Assembly: GCA_036172245.1 (NCBI GenBank)
Contig: JAYWIR010000051.1
Location: 372,001-436,000 of the forward strand
Direction of reading: 5' to 3'
Length of the DNA stretch: 64,000 nucleotides
From: Raillietiella orientalis
Taxonomy: Eukaryota
Shown here: piece by piece, positions 11,205 to 36,485 of the stretch
Numbering within the stretch: position 1 is the stretch's first letter
How the letters are laid out: every line of letters begins with the position of its first letter
Translations under genes and position numbers: made by a program
Notes under the pieces: generated by a model
Seen by the model: only the letters and a program-made list of their open reading frames with translations
Told to the model about the DNA's origin: nothing
The model's database searches: none

Positions 11205-14200
11205 TTATTTGAACTGCAACTCTTTAGCTTCCATTTCATGAGATGAGCTGTCCACCAATTCAATGGCATTATGCAAGGGAAAAACTTTACAATAATGTGT
11301 CATGTATTCTTCAGGTTTCATGAGGAACTCTTCTGGAATTTGATTCCAACCAAGTGAGGTAGAATACATTTGGCCACGCAAGGGGGTTCTTTTCCTCTCA
11401 AACAGTTTCAGTAACCGACTCTGAATAGCTTCCTGCCATTCAACAACCTTTTGTGATGAATGGGTTAGGCAATCTGGATCATCTTCTGGTTGTAACATGA
11501 CATTAAACAGCATCCTAATTAGGTTAATATTCACAACATCAACGACATCAACACTAGTATCAAAATCCAGTTCAATGTCATGTTCTGCAAATACTGGAAC
11601 CGACTCTTGAGTGTCTTGTTCAATGACATAACCTAAGCCACAAAGTATTCCTGAGAGATACTGGTAATCAGGATCACACCTAACATATACTGTGGTCAAT
11701 ATGCTCGAGCAGTGAGCACTAACCTTAATTCAGCACGTGCACAAAACAGCAGCATCACTAGTGCTGGCAAGCCAGGTATCAAGGGCATTAATGTACAATG
11801 CCTTGCAAGGATGGTATGCCCGGTGAAGTTGGACGAAACTCCTGTTGAAACAAGCAACTTGTCACATAAATTGCTGGGCTGAGGATCCAACACAACAGAA
11901 TTGATAGAGTCCTGATCAAAGCGTATATGCATTCTAAAGTTCTTTTGCATAGAGGAAAAGTGTAGTTCCAGTGGTGAGGTCGGCCCTCTGATGGGTGTAA
12001 TATTTGCACATGTTGTCATTCCAAATCGCAAACTACCAAGCATGGTAACCATCTCCTTATCAGTCTGATTAGTCTGAGTTAAATTCAACCCTTTGTGATA
12101 AGGAAGATGCCTATGTCTCATGTCATAATCCACCTACAAAAGTGCTGCAATCTCACTTTAAAGTTGACAACTCACCCTGGAGAGTACACCTTCTTCTGCA
12201 GGTTCAGCAAATCCCTTGTCCAAAAGGGCTTTATTCAAGCTGTAGGAAACTTTGTGCTGACCAACAGGCATCCTCTCAACAATCAGTTCCAAACTGATTA
12301 CGCCATGCACAACAGAGTGTACCTGCACGCACGTTACAAGCATTCTATTAGTCTATACCTACTCTGCCATGCAAAAGCACGGTGGAATCTTCAACAAGAT
12401 AAAGAAAGAATCTACGTGCTTCTGGAGACCACTTTCCATCAGAAATGCGAGTCTTTTTGGGTTTAACTTCGGATAAACGACACTGAATAGCCAGTGTCGG
12501 TGTCTGCTTCAAAATGGGAATCTCTTCTGGAAAAGTACACAGCTGCTCCACTGGCATAACTTCACGATTTCCATAGTCCACAAAAAAGACCTGTCTCATC
12601 ATAAACGTGTGCTCTGTTCAAACAGCTGGACTACCTCCACTTGACTGCCCACAGAAGACTCCACACGAGCACGATAGTAGTCTGTAGTAGACCCATCATT
12701 GAAAGGGGCTACAACAATTGTTCCCGGATTCGGAAAATTCATGAGTGGCCTCAAAGTTCTATCACCACCATTGATAGCATGCTGGATTGTGGCTAGTACA
12801 TCATTGGTTCCTTGCATATGACGAATCCAAAAATGTCCAGGATCAACAATCTGGAAAACGTCTAATTGCAAGTACTTAACCCGAAGTTTAGCCTACATGC
12901 ATGACGTGCAAATTGTTGAGAACATTCTGTGACAATCCAGGTAGTGTTGGTGGTCGCAATCCAGAGAAGGAAATTGAAGATGCTTGGACAGGTCGAGGTA
13001 CAGTGCCATTCTGCATTTGCTCAGTCCGGCATTTATTGAATTTAGAGAGCCAAACCTCTTCTTCCTCTTGCCTAAAATACCTAGCCATATCCCTAAAAAA
13101 GAGAACCCTTACTTGTAGCGTTTGATGGTCAACTTCTCTGAATGGCGAAGTTTAACAGCCAGATACAAAAGACTGTTCACATGTCCATCTGCTGGTAATA
13201 CTGTACTGCCAGATGCTTTGAAAACAACATAGGCTCTAAAGCACATAAGTTTCTGACTGGACAGTCATAAGCTTACTTGGTGTTCTCAAAGAACACTTCG
13301 ATATTAGGAGAAACGGATTTGAAATGGGCTATTATTTGATCCTGATAAAGTAGCCCCAAATTCATCGGAAGTCCTTCCAACACTACAGTGTGAAAAGGAT
13401 TGTAGCCTCCAACAAAGCGATAGATTTTTTTTTCATCCTCATGCAGGGGGTGATGAAGAAAGTAATTAGGATATGAAGCCCCACAAATTGCAAGCTACTA
13501 GGTTTCATTAAATTCCGGAATTTTCCATAGGATCTCACCTTCAGTATCAGATCCTTTTGTTCCGAACTAAGTTCCTTTGATTGCACCCCACTAGGTCGGC
13601 ACAGCCTAACAGATCGTAAATGCTTTTTCAGCTCACCAACTAAACGATCCATTTCTCGAATATTTCTCAGCTGACGTTGATTATTAACTTTCATTAATGA
13701 TTTCACATATATTCACCTGGATGAAATTACTGCTAGTCCACTTTTTCTCAGCTTCATTTGTTTTATTTCTCCCGCCTCCATGTGAAGTGAATGTGCCAAC
13801 CCGGTGATGCTCTTTCCAACACTATAAGTATTCTGGCAAACCAAATATTTTGAAGTATAGCACTTACGTCATAAGCATGCAAAACAGTGATGCAATCACT
13901 AAAACAGTTCTGGGACCAGTAAAGTTTGTTATAAAAAGCCATAAATGGATCCTTGTATGGTCTACTAAAGATATTCTTGACTGATAAACCTGCAGCTGAT
14001 AACAATATATGGCACATGGTGACAAATTACAATCATTATTACCAATCTTGACACATTCATCTACACAACCTAAGCAGTAACCTAAAACAATCAAGCGCCC
14101 TAAGTGGATATCTATGGGCAAGAGTTCCAGAACACGTCCCATGAAAGTTAATTCTCCATCGTGTGGATCGATAACACCATGGTTTTCAAGAGTCAATGCT

Positions 14201-16596
14201 CCAATCTAAAAGGAGTCAGATACCACCAAAGATGGGAAATCAGAACCTCTTTGAGCAGTAATACACTTCGTTCGATGGAGCTTAGAGTTGGTGATTCCAA
14301 AGCATAGGATAAAAGAGCTTTAGGAGCACCCATATCAAGTTTTTTGATAGCCAAAATGATCTTTTCCAAAGGGCAACGTTTCATTTCTGGATCACAATGA
14401 GCATGAAGACGTGTCTATCACAGTACATTAATCCCAAATCTAAGTTTTTCCTAGAAAATGCTGACCTTACAAAAATCTTCAGTGATCATGCGATACACAT
14501 GACCTGTACAAGTACGACCGGTGCGGCCACCTCTTTGCTTCAGGTTTGAATGACTGGCCCAATCAAGTATAAGGGTCTCATAGGAAGTGACTGAATCACA
14601 CACCAAATTCTTCGTCAAGCAGAAATCGATCACTGATTTCATGAATACAGGACAATCAAACAGCCCACTACTTACCATACTGGATATCAGGAACAGTTAA
14701 AGAACTCTCAGCAACATTAGTAGAGACAATAATTTTACGGAAATCATCAGGTAAAGGATTAAAAACTTGTTCTTGTTGTTCTATATTAATTGTGGAATGT
14801 AATGGCAAAACAATCCACCTGAAAGATATACACCTTATCTCCAAAAGCAAGAAATGATGGCCTCACTTGTGTTGAATTGCATTCATATCCAACAAGCTAT
14901 GGAGATGTTCAATTTCTTGCAATCCAGGCAAAAACACCAGAACACTTCCTCTTTTAGATGTAAAATGTTCAGAAGATGATCGTCGATTTTCCATTTGGTC
15001 AAAGGATGCAATTAAACGCACTGCACATTGGTAACCTTCATCTCTAATTCCTGGATCTTCCGAAAAACGAGAAATATCCTGATAAAAGTCTCATTTTCTG
15101 AAGGTCAAACTCCTTCTACTTACAACACCCAATTGTGGAGCGAATTCTTCTATAAAATGTTCTGTCACATCATAGAGAATTCCTTCCACATTGAGAACAG
15201 GAGCATTCTCATCCCCATGAGACAATTTCTGGGGAAAATAGGATGCCAGCATGTCAGTATCCATTGTAGCTGACATCAAGACCACCTACAAAGTTAAGAT
15301 ACTAGCATGTTCAATCGCCCTTATCCTTACTTTCACTCGTGTGGAATTGGTGTTCAATAATTTCTTAACTACCAACAAAGCAAAGTCAATATCTTTATCC
15401 CTTTCATGCACTTCGTCAATTATGACATGAGTATAAAAATTCATATGTTTATGCAGAGTCAACATCCTCAGTAATACCCCAGTTGTCACAAAAAGGATGC
15501 AAGTATGCTCATTTTTCTGCCGATCCATTCCAACCTACAATTTAGAAAAAGAATTAGACAAGGCAGAGAACACAAAAAACAAAATAGTAATTGGTTATGC
15601 AGGAAATAAAATCAAATTTAGTGAATTATTATTTACTTATATTTGGCACTTGGCACTTGGTACTGTTAAAAGTACCGCCTTATGTGAGGTAATCACACAT
15701 TTTTCATCATTTCAAATCTTTTGCAATGATCAATTATTTTCAAGGGAATTTGAAAACAGGGTACTAATTTGCAAACTTATCAAAGATTGATTACTCTAGA
15801 ATAGTATGAAGACTAATATTCCTTACTTGATAACCCACAACACTACCAAGGTTCCAACCACGTTCCTTGGCAACTCTACGAGCCAAAGAAGTGGCTGCAA
15901 TTCTTCTAGGCTGTGTTATTATTATATTACATGCATGTCTGTTCTTTCTGCAATCGTCGAATATGAATTGGGGCACTTGAGTCGATTTGCCGCATCCTGT
16001 ACTTCCTTGAATGATGACTACAGGATTAGAATTAACCATGTTTACAATCTGGAAAATATCATGGAACAGGGAAACAAACTGCTTCACTACCTTATCTCTT
16101 TCAGATAAAATGGGCAAACTGGGTGTTGATCTGTACTCAAAATTGTAAGAATCATAGACGCTCAATGATTTTTCCCATAAGGCTGCTTGGATCTTCGAAT
16201 CTCCTACATCACGTGTATCTTCGAGTTGACTTAAAGGTCCATCGTATCTTCTTTTTTTGGTGTGCTCTTTTCCTATCTACCAATTTCAATCAGTCAAACA
16301 TAGCAAGTACAATTCATCATGAACACTGCTTCAGGCGGCCATATTCTTTTTTTAAAAAAAACAGAATAAAAAAACCTTACCTGTAGGGAACTAATCTGGT
16401 CTCTATGTAGCTTGACATAATCTTCTTTGGTCACACGTTTTATAACTGTACTGGGATTTCTCCCCGAAGGGAACATTGTAGGGACGTTGACGGGTTGAGA
16501 CGACTTGTATTCCATCTTCCTGTAATCATTCTTTAAGCTAAAGAAATCCAGAAAGGTTTTTTCCACCATTTCGGGATCCTTCACGTCCTGATCCAT
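11205..16596 (-). CDS. spn-E: Spindle-E / TDRD9 ATP-dependent DExH RNA helicase with Tudor domain (piRNA pathway); 21 exons, about 1399 aa
   Basis: Motifs: GSTGCGKSTQVPQ (Walker A), TQPRRIAA, IIDEVHERD, LMSAT, VLVFLPG, STNVAESSLTVPD, QRGGRTGR, HA2 region LLPIDIHLGRLI, Tudor YYRARV...VFFVDYGN. Exons traced by hand with GT-AG and consistent phase: 16381-16596, 16091-16276, 15827-16048, 15331-15534, 15124-15285, 14867-15078, 14676-14818, 14466-14632, 14247-14414, 14043-14205, 13868-13995, 13717-13821, 13539-13670, 13277-13494, 13113-13235, 12897-13071, 12635-12850, 12363-12590, 12176-12322, 11724-12133, 11205-11679. Sum is 4200 nt. The start codon is uncertain (an in-frame ATG also lies at 16644). 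Confidence 0.95.
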
Positions 16597-16645
16597 CTCC
16601 GCCGAGCTCAACACAGACTGACACACGCAGCGCGCACCTCGCATT

Positions 16646-16653
16646 TATCGATA
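16646..16653. promoter_or_regulatory. DRE (TATCGATA) core-promoter element upstream of spn-E
   Basis: Exact palindrome TATCGATA 50 bp upstream of the ATG at 16596, in a CpG-rich patch. DRE is an established arthropod housekeeping/proliferation promoter motif; function here is inferred. Confidence 0.55.
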
Positions 16654-17699
16654 CACCGCTCCGGGCCGATTCCTGCCCCGGCGTCAAGCTGTCACGCCTG
16701 AACGGAGCCGCAGATCGACATGCTCCCCATGCGGTTGACCTGACCCCACAGGATCATTATCCACTTTGTGCCCTCCCCTTTTCCTCTTCGTTAAGCGCTT
16801 CTACTCGAAAGGTCACGCTTCACCACCCTTTGCCTTGCACAAGACTCGGTCCCGAACCTGACCGGCAACAAGCAAACCAGAGCCGGCGTGTCGGAACGGG
16901 GTTGTACACGGTCTCGATATGTAAAAGGGGAGGCAAGCCCTTCCAGATTCTCTCGATCCAGGAATGGATCAAACCCTGGATCAAACCAGGCAGCAATAGC
17001 TTCGGGAACACCTAATACGAAGGCAATGCATGTCACCAATGCTGACTACTGCGCTCGTGATTTTCCACACGGTCACATTTGCACAGAATTCACTACCGGC
17101 TATCATCTGTGCATCGAGTTGCAAACACGTTGCGGCAGGTCAAATGATCCTTACTTTACGAATACTTGCAAAACTGTCTTTTCCTTGTTGGAGGAGCCCT
17201 CCGTTCCAGGAACCGTTCTTCAGACGGAATTCTGTTGCAACATCAAGACTGAAAATTTTTTGGTTCTGCAATTTCGTGGTAACAATAACTAAGAAAAAAA
17301 GAAGGAAAAAAGCGATCGAGTGCACAGCAATTTTTTCATTTCCTGCCTGCCATATCGAATTTGTTTGTTTGTCAGATGCTCATTTCCTAATGCACAACCG
17401 AATTTTTTTCCTCTATCCCTCCTAACAACAAAAAAAAAAAAAATGCAGTTTCTATCAAGTGCCGGTGAAAAGTAGAGTGAGGACAGTCGTTTGTGAAACA
17501 TGAAAATTAGTTCAATTAAGTCCTGGTTCGAGACGAGTAGGATGCATATGTTAGGCCTACGTATGTGACCCGAACTTCTTACATGCAAACTTCTTCATTC
17601 CGGCCTATCCTTCCGAATTCACCTCCAAACTTCAAATACAGTCAGGATACCCTATCGTTTCTCCCGATGATAAACATGTGATGTGGAAAGCTGTACAAA

Positions 17700-20600
17700 A
17701 CCTGCGCTGAATCCATAATTCCGAATTTGAGCATTCTGTGGGTTCCAACGAGCTTTCCCGGATGTTTTGAGAAACGCGCGCTCATCGAGTGCTGGGCTTT
17801 TGGCTACTTTGAAAATTAGTGAGATGGCATGTGTCCTCTTTCCAAGAAAACACGCGGCTTACCATATATTTAATCAAAGTGCGATAAAAAAATATTCAGC
17901 CTGATGGAACTTTCGGCAAAGTAGGGCCCAAGACTTTTCCACTAGTCGCATCTTGGCAATTTCAGTGGAGGAAGAAGCAAATCAATTAGCAACGTTCACA
18001 TGTATTTGAGACATTAGAATGGCATTCCGACAATATACAAACGGAAAGAAACGGCTTCACTTTCGTTCTAGGGCTAAAGTGGAATTAAAACTGCCATTAT
18101 GGCCTCCATGAGGGCACTAATGAGAAATGGGGAAGGACTAGCATAATTAGGCGTATGCATAATGACCAGCATAATTAAGCATGCTATTAAAGGTGTTCCG
18201 CTCGAATTCATCCTGAAATACATTCATGAATACTTAAGCTCTCAAATGCCAGAAGATACCATAACGCATTCCTTTTCCGTTGTATGAGTCGTGCACCACA
18301 AAACTCTTGATGATTTTTCCACGTTTCTAAGTCCGAATCGTTCAAACTGAGTGGATGTTTGAATGCATTTGGTCTTAAAAAAATATGCACAGGATGGATT
18401 CGTGGACATGATCTTTATAGGAACATTTCACACGAAACGAAGTATAAATTTCAGAACTGATTTTCCATTTGAAAGTATCCGAATCTTACAAGGCTAAAAT
18501 GTAGGAACAACCGGCTTTCCCATTTTAAAAAAATGTGTACACTAAAGATGACTTTTAGAACCATTTATGAAGAGTACTTGCATAAGAAATAGGAAAAAAG
18601 TTCCATCGCCATTTAAAAAAAAAAAAATTCTGAAAGAAATAAATGACTCAATTAGTGTTCAGTGATGATAAATTTTTTCCTCCATATGGAACCGTGATCC
18701 CCATTAAAGAATGCCTACCATATTGTATTCCGAGCAAGTTATTTGGTGTTCCCAGCAGTTACCAATCAAGGCCTACTGAAGCAAGCAAGCCATACAATCT
18801 CGTAGAAGAATTTCGATGATTCCTTCAAAAAACAAAATCATGAGACATCAACGATTGCGGCACCTTCTCTTATTCTATTCGACTTTTTTTTTTTATGTAA
18901 CAGTACTGCAATTCGTTTCATGGATTTGAAAATGTGCAGTCCTCACTGGAAAGATTTGACAGTTCCGATCGTCAGATTCGAGCAAACACCACACAAAAGA
19001 TTGTCGTAGACTGCTAGACGTCGGGTCCAGCATACAAAAGAGTAAAAGGTGATACCTCAGATTCGCAGTGTCTATTCCATCCTTGAAAAAAAGTTGATCA
19101 GGAAAGGATTTGCTTGTTTCGAGTCACTCTCAGTGGGGAGGGAGTTCTTTCATATATGGACAGGCGTTCCCTATGAAGATGTAAAATTGCAATTCAGTAG
19201 TCTTGGAAGAAATGACTTAAGTACCGGTGTAAAAAATTTTCCTATCCTACATTTCTTACAAATAAAGGCTTTGCCCTGAGATATCTTGAGCAAAAGGTCT
19301 TGTTCGCTTATCCCACCCGTAAAGAATCAAACGGCTTTTTAAAAACGAAGTCTTCCTTCTGATATGAAATTATTTGTTGACTGTGGAATGCAGCAACCTA
19401 AAGCCATGCAAAATAAAAAGAAAATAAATAAATAAATAAAAAGTTCCCTGTTTTCTTTAGAACAGGAAAAAGGATTTCATTGTGAGGAAGTTGTTGGCAC
19501 ACATTATCATATAAACATTAGGAAAACACGGGAAAGCAATTCTAATCTCTTTAATCACAATGAGGACGATTGTGACAGCACAAATGTATTGATTACACAA
19601 ATTCGCAAATGTGTAATTCAAAAATAATTCTATTTTTCTAGTTTTGCAAAAACAAACGTGCTGTGTTGCTGTAGGTAGCTTAGGTCTGCAGAGATTAATA
19701 GAGCCGTGTCTTCTGTGCAAACTTGTTTCCCGTCTTCTGTGGAAGAGATGTACAAACAAGCCTTATTGCTTTTGTGAACAAATAACGCCCTGAAGCAAAG
19801 GAGTCTTCTTTTGACTGGTTTAATGCATTCTATTCTTCGCCATCGTTAACGAACACTTTTGCAGCATTGCTCTAAGAAGATGAAAGAGTTCCCAAAAAAC
19901 GCAACAATAACTTCAGAGAGAAATCCTTTATTCAGGTCATCAAACTACCGAAGCAGACCATGGTGTAATGCCAAAAAGTCGGAACATCCTAGTTTGATTG
20001 TGTATGGAGACTGAATATACCTGGCTAGGCTGATCAGCCTCCTTGGTCCGACTCTTCCAATCCGTATATGCGGCAAAAGTAGTTTCTCTAGAATAAAATT
20101 CTGAACTTTATCAAAAAAAAAAGTTTTGAATAAAAGTATTCTTATTGCTGTTGAAGAGCTGTTGCAGTGCACACAGCACGTGTAGGTGTGTCTCAGTTCT
20201 CCGTATTGCCATACCGAATGGAATGTCCTTAATAGCTAAAGATACATTCACACTCTACTTGCCTTCATTTGCAGGTTGTCTGCATGAACCAAATTCATGC
20301 ATTTATTCATGTAAATGTTCTGCTTATATATTCATTTGCATACATTATGCTTTTGTATATGCATTTGCACATTACGTTTCTATATGTGCACGTTACTTTT
20401 TCCCAGAACTCACAAAATCCAGTTGGGATTTTACTTTTGAAATCTAAGCTGAATACCAAGTTCAAAATAAAGCCAGCGCCGGTACCACTTAAAGAAATAT
20501 CAGCGGCAAAATAAAGTAAGGAGCAATAGATAGAGATAAGCTTTGTGATAGAAGATGGTTTATTTGAAAAATATTCCCACCATGCGGAGTGCACTAAATT

Positions 20601-22900
20601 AACACAAGAGCATTATTAAAGAGGAAACGCAAATCAAAATGGCGAGGTAAAAACAAATCCGCGAATTCCATTAAAACAAGAGGATCACAAGAAAGGTATG
20701 TGGTACAAGGAGAGAAGCGCAGCAAATATTAAGCGTTTCAAATACCATATGAGAACAGCGGAATTGGAGACAACTTTTTCCGGTGATGTCTATGGTGCCA
20801 TTTGCTGACTAATATCTTTGGAGTAATTCCGAAGTTCATTATTTATGTAAGAGTAAATAGCATGTATCTTCAATTACTGGAGTTCACAGAGAGAAGTAAA
20901 GTTGTAGTAAAGTTCTCTCTGTCATCATCCAAAAGAACGAAAGGAGTTTCGTCGAATCAGTGCCCCTGAATGTTCACTAAGCAATGTTTGTTCCACGAAT
21001 ATCCACATGCACTTGCCCGGTCGGTGTCGAGTTTTGATGTTCGGATCGATATCATCCATGTCATTGATTACAGAAGAGATCTCGTTGTTTTTCTTGTGTT
21101 AATTCCGATCCCTTATATCTCGGGAAAGAATTAATCTAAATGCATGGCTGCCAAACAATTCGAAATTTTGGCATTCCCCCGAGAATCGTGTTTCTCAAAC
21201 AAATATGGAGAAAGTCAAAGATGAAACTCGGGCAAACTTGTCTCTCAGAGTTTAGTTTCACTACAGTTATGTGTTTACATCGCATTTTCAGTGCTGAAAC
21301 TAGACTGGAAATTTCACGAGAAAAAGATATGAATAACTCATCATCCCGAAATTGAGCTTCGCATTCACTGTTAACAAATCCTTCACTTTGGGCCTAGTCA
21401 CTGGAAACCAGATGGGGATTATCTCGTGCCTGAGATTTGCAAGTTCCAGAATAGATGAAATGCACATTCTTTATTAGGTCCTTGCTAATAATTTTAAGTT
21501 TGGAGAGTTTCCCTTCTTCCACATAAAAAGTCATCTAGTTCTCTCCTTTCCAAAGTTAAAAGCCCGAATCAACCAATTGTTCTTGTAATATAAATCAAAA
21601 TGAAAGCCATGGGATCTGTAGATGATTTCTTACCTTGGAAACAGTGCCAATTTCTTTGTACTGAAAAATTGTTTCATGAATTTTTAAAAAATCTAAATCT
21701 CCACATAGTACTTGATAATTTTAATTACTCACGTTTGAGTTTTGCCATTTAATAGTTCCTGGGATATTTGCGGGGCTGCATCTTCAAAATCATCTTGGTA
21801 CCAGCCAAATCTGACTCACAAACGGAAAAAGTAAAGGGAAATGTTTGACACCTATGGCTGTTGAAAAGACCGAAGTAGCCTCTAATGATTAGGCCTCACT
21901 CTCAAATCGGTTGCAATGTCAGTAACTCTTTGTCACTGTGCTCAGTGTACAGCAATGTTTCAGGTTCATAGAGAAAAGATTACTTGGGTACTCAAGTAAG
22001 TAAAGATGAATGAGATTTCTAAAATGGAAGACGTATCCACCTTCAACTTTATAGTGACCACTGTATTAAGGTACTTCCTAGGACAAGGCAGAACTCTTGG
22101 AGTTTATTCTCTGAGAAAAAAACTTCCATGAGGATGACCGCAGTTGAGATTGGGCACTTGTCTCACGGAAGGGCTCATAGTCCTGCAGACACTGCAGTCC
22201 CAATGCTCTTGTCATTTCTAATGTATCGATTTTCATGCTTCGTTCAAATACAGTGCCTACTTTTCTCAAACAAATTCCGGCTTTTCCGAATCCCAATAGG
22301 AATCCCAAGTTTCATGGGATTTGTTTTCGGCTGCAAAGCCCTTTGGAGAGTTTTTAAAAGGAAATGTTTTGAGGATGGGATCTTCCAAAAAACTTCCGTT
22401 GATGTAACACACTGAGGTGATTGGTTTTCGAAAACATTTAATGAAGAGCTCGTTAATGCTCGGATTTTGCTTGAAAACTTACGTGGATTGGTTTCTCACT
22501 TGCGGCAAGTCGTAGGAAAAGAGTTGAGAGCATTCGTGGATGTTCGTTCAGGTCATGCCATTTGCTCGGAAATTCACGGGCCGATTCCTTTCATCCGACT
22601 TTCAAACTGGAGATTTCAGGCCACGAGCCACGGAATCGGCTGTTCCCAATCGGCAGCAGTGGTTCCTTGGGGAACGCGGATCCACACGAACCCTTTGGTG
22701 TTCACGTGGATGCGGGAGGCGTGCCAGCAGGCGGTGTTTTGCATTCCTGCAACGGGATGAAGGCGGTTGCACGGTGGTGGTCGTGAGTCGGAATACATTA
22801 AGTGCCGGAGGAATGCATTTCTGCTCAGTGGAACCCCTCAAGTTCCCGTGTGCGTAAAACCGTATGTCCCCAATGTACGGCATTTCTTGATGTTGGCCCA
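17700..22900 (+). pseudogene. Heavily decayed death-domain-like relics between spn-E and MAGI
   Basis: Fragments RAFPDVLRN/AHRVLGF, KLFGVPSSY...PYNLVEEF, IWTGVPYEDVKLQFSSLGRNDL, NNNFREKSF, LENLRGLVSHLRQVVGKEL, MREACQQAVFC. Weak and recognised by eye; boundaries approximate. Confidence 0.3.
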
Positions 22901-24099
22901 GTAGCCTATGTATCTAAGCTGTATGTGACATATGTATGTGACAATAAATCATATTCTTGGTAATACATGTTTGTATTCTTAATTAAAAAAATGATTTGTC
23001 TGATGCATATGCAGGCACAAAACGCTATGTATATTCTCTTCTATAGATTGAAATTGCACTCAGTTATGAAACGTGACAGGCTTTATTCAGAGTTTAGGTA
23101 CTTATGCTCCTTGTTTTTTTCTGTAAACTTTTTAAAGTTCATGACTTGGGTGTATAAATTGGTATTCTTTGTAAAGTGCATTTGTTTTGGATACAGCAAG
23201 TGCAACTTTATCATGTGCATAGTGGATGTTGAAGTTGAGAAATCGGTTAAAGTTGGAAGACAAAAATGCTTTCTGAAATTAGAAATGAAGAACCAGCATC
23301 AATTCCATATGGAGTAGGGAATCTTTCCAACAATAAATTGAAGGATGTGCCATCAGTGACATCCCATGTGCAAAGCACCACACCATCATTTCATTGAGTT
23401 GAAACAATTCCTCCAGAGAATGTGAAGCAGGTGTGTATCATGTGATGTCTCATTCTGACTTATTCAAAATATCTCATGTCATCAAGGAAGATGCACAGTA
23501 CCAAACTTGACATAGTTTGTGAGTTGAAATCAGTTTAGAAGTGTAACTGAGAAAAGTATATTGTCATATGGGAACCACATCAGTAGTAAGTCAGATGTTT
23601 GATTTTGTAAGAACTCAAGATGTTTTCTACTGTATGATAAGTGATGCTGATTTTTTATTGTGCTTGCAAACATTATTCAGATGCCTGGTGTTCTGGATGT
23701 AATTATCAGCATAACCCATCTTCAATTTGAAAGCACATAATGTTGTGTACAAAGCTTATGTATTGTGAAGCTGCTAGCTTGGAATCCTTGATCCTATGCA
23801 CTCTATAAAAACCGCAGACTCCTTTTTTTTTTTTTTTTTTTTCTGCAGTCCATGACCTTGAAATGTTTCATTTATAACACGGAAAATGGTAAAGTGATGT
23901 GAAATGGATGATTAGAAGTGCCTGTGCTTGCAAGCGATTTCGTGACCCTTCCATAGGCACCGATGTGAAATGTGCCTTTCGTCGTGTGTGGTTTATGCGT
24001 GCCCTTATCCATCCATTCAGGCCCATGTCTTCTTGAGCGTTCTGGTAGAGCTGTTTTTTGGCAGAGCCTCCATCGGACGCCTAAGGGAGATGGGAATCG

Positions 24100-24283
24100 C
24101 GTCGAATCTGTACGGTACGCGCGCATCAAGGAGTCGGTTTCGAGGTCACGCAGGGGTGTGCATGTACCTGGAGTGTGTTTGTGCAGGCGGCTTCTTCGCT
24201 GCCGTCCAGGCGGTGAGCCGTAATTCTGGACGCGACGGGAGCAGCTGCCTGCGAGGAACGGCTCCTCGGCCCGGCGGCGGCGA

Positions 24284-24314
<31 letters not shown>

Positions 24315-24500
24315 TCGTCCGCCTGGACTCTGGACGGTGCCTGCCGTGGGGTCCGTGGGTGCTTCCCGTGGGGCGCGGACTCACGCGCAGCCGAACGGGC
24401 AACGCCGCGGCGCGAGTCTATCGACCTCACGCGCGCACGACGAAGCAGCGCCTCGCTCGCTGCCTGCCGTCGGCGGAACCTCCTCGGCAGTGATTTGCTC
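24100..24500 (+). promoter_or_regulatory. CpG-rich island, probable MAGI promoter / 5' UTR
   Basis: Abrupt GC/CpG-rich patch with (GCC)n inside otherwise AT-rich DNA, about 0.5-0.9 kb upstream of the MAGI ATG. Promoter role is inferred. Confidence 0.45.
24284..24319. repeat. (GTC)3(GCC)7(GTC)2 trinucleotide repeat
   Basis: Read directly from the sequence. Confidence 0.9.
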
Positions 24501-25007
24501 CCTCCCGAAAGGTCTCAGGAAGTTCCTTCGAAGATCTCATTGCTTTATTATGTAATTATGATGATGTAGCTCTTCGCAAAAAGGAATGCAAAAACGAACA
24601 GTTACAAAAGCGAATTCCTTATTGGAGCAATGATGGCCTTAGGTTATGTTCGAGATGGCTTGCCAATGAAATAATTCCTTGCATGTTGTGCTGGAAAGAC
24701 TGTTTACGTACAACTGGATTGTGGTTTTAAAGAAACAGGTTGGTGGTGGACCCCATTGTGTAATAACGCAGACTCTTGTTTTTATTTGTGAATCGTGAAC
24801 GAAACGGAAAAAATGTGATAAGTGATCAGATTTTTTTTTTTGTGTGTGTGTTTCCATAAATGTAGCTCAGCTATACGCCAATGGATTCGTTGTAAAATGA
24901 ACGTTCATGAGAATACCTTCATCATACAGTTTGAACACCAGGATGTTCAGTGAATGCCTGCAATCTAATCAAAGTCTGATGATTTTTAATGGATCTACTA
25001 TGGAAAC

Positions 25008-36083
<11,076 letters not shown>

Positions 36084-36485
36084 TGTGATTGTAATTGCTT
36101 TCACCATATTATATATAGTTTTTAATTTTTTTTAACTTTTTTTGTTGTGATTTCAATGCATGCAGTTGTGTATAAGATTCGTATGTACCAATTTTTTTGC
36201 AGGTGTGCATGTTTTGAAACTCCTGTAGGAGTTTCACAACAAACACCAACAAAGTAATGGTGCTTGGTATCACATGCCCCAAAATAGGTTTTTGTGCCAT
36301 TTTTGCATCCGTATGTTTTTGAAAAACATTTGGATTCAGGGTTTCCTGTGAGTTGAGCATTCTTGTTGAAAGAGCTTCATTTTTCAAGTTGCATTACAAC
36401 ATTATATAAATATGATTTTGAATTCATTCCAGTATTACTTCAATGGTAAAACTAAATTGTGTGCACACGTTTGTTTCTCACAAAA

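Noticed and set aside
16597..16644. Upstream in-frame ATG extension of spn-E
   Set aside because: The ATG at 16644 abuts the DRE motif and probably lies at or upstream of the transcription start. Not excluded.
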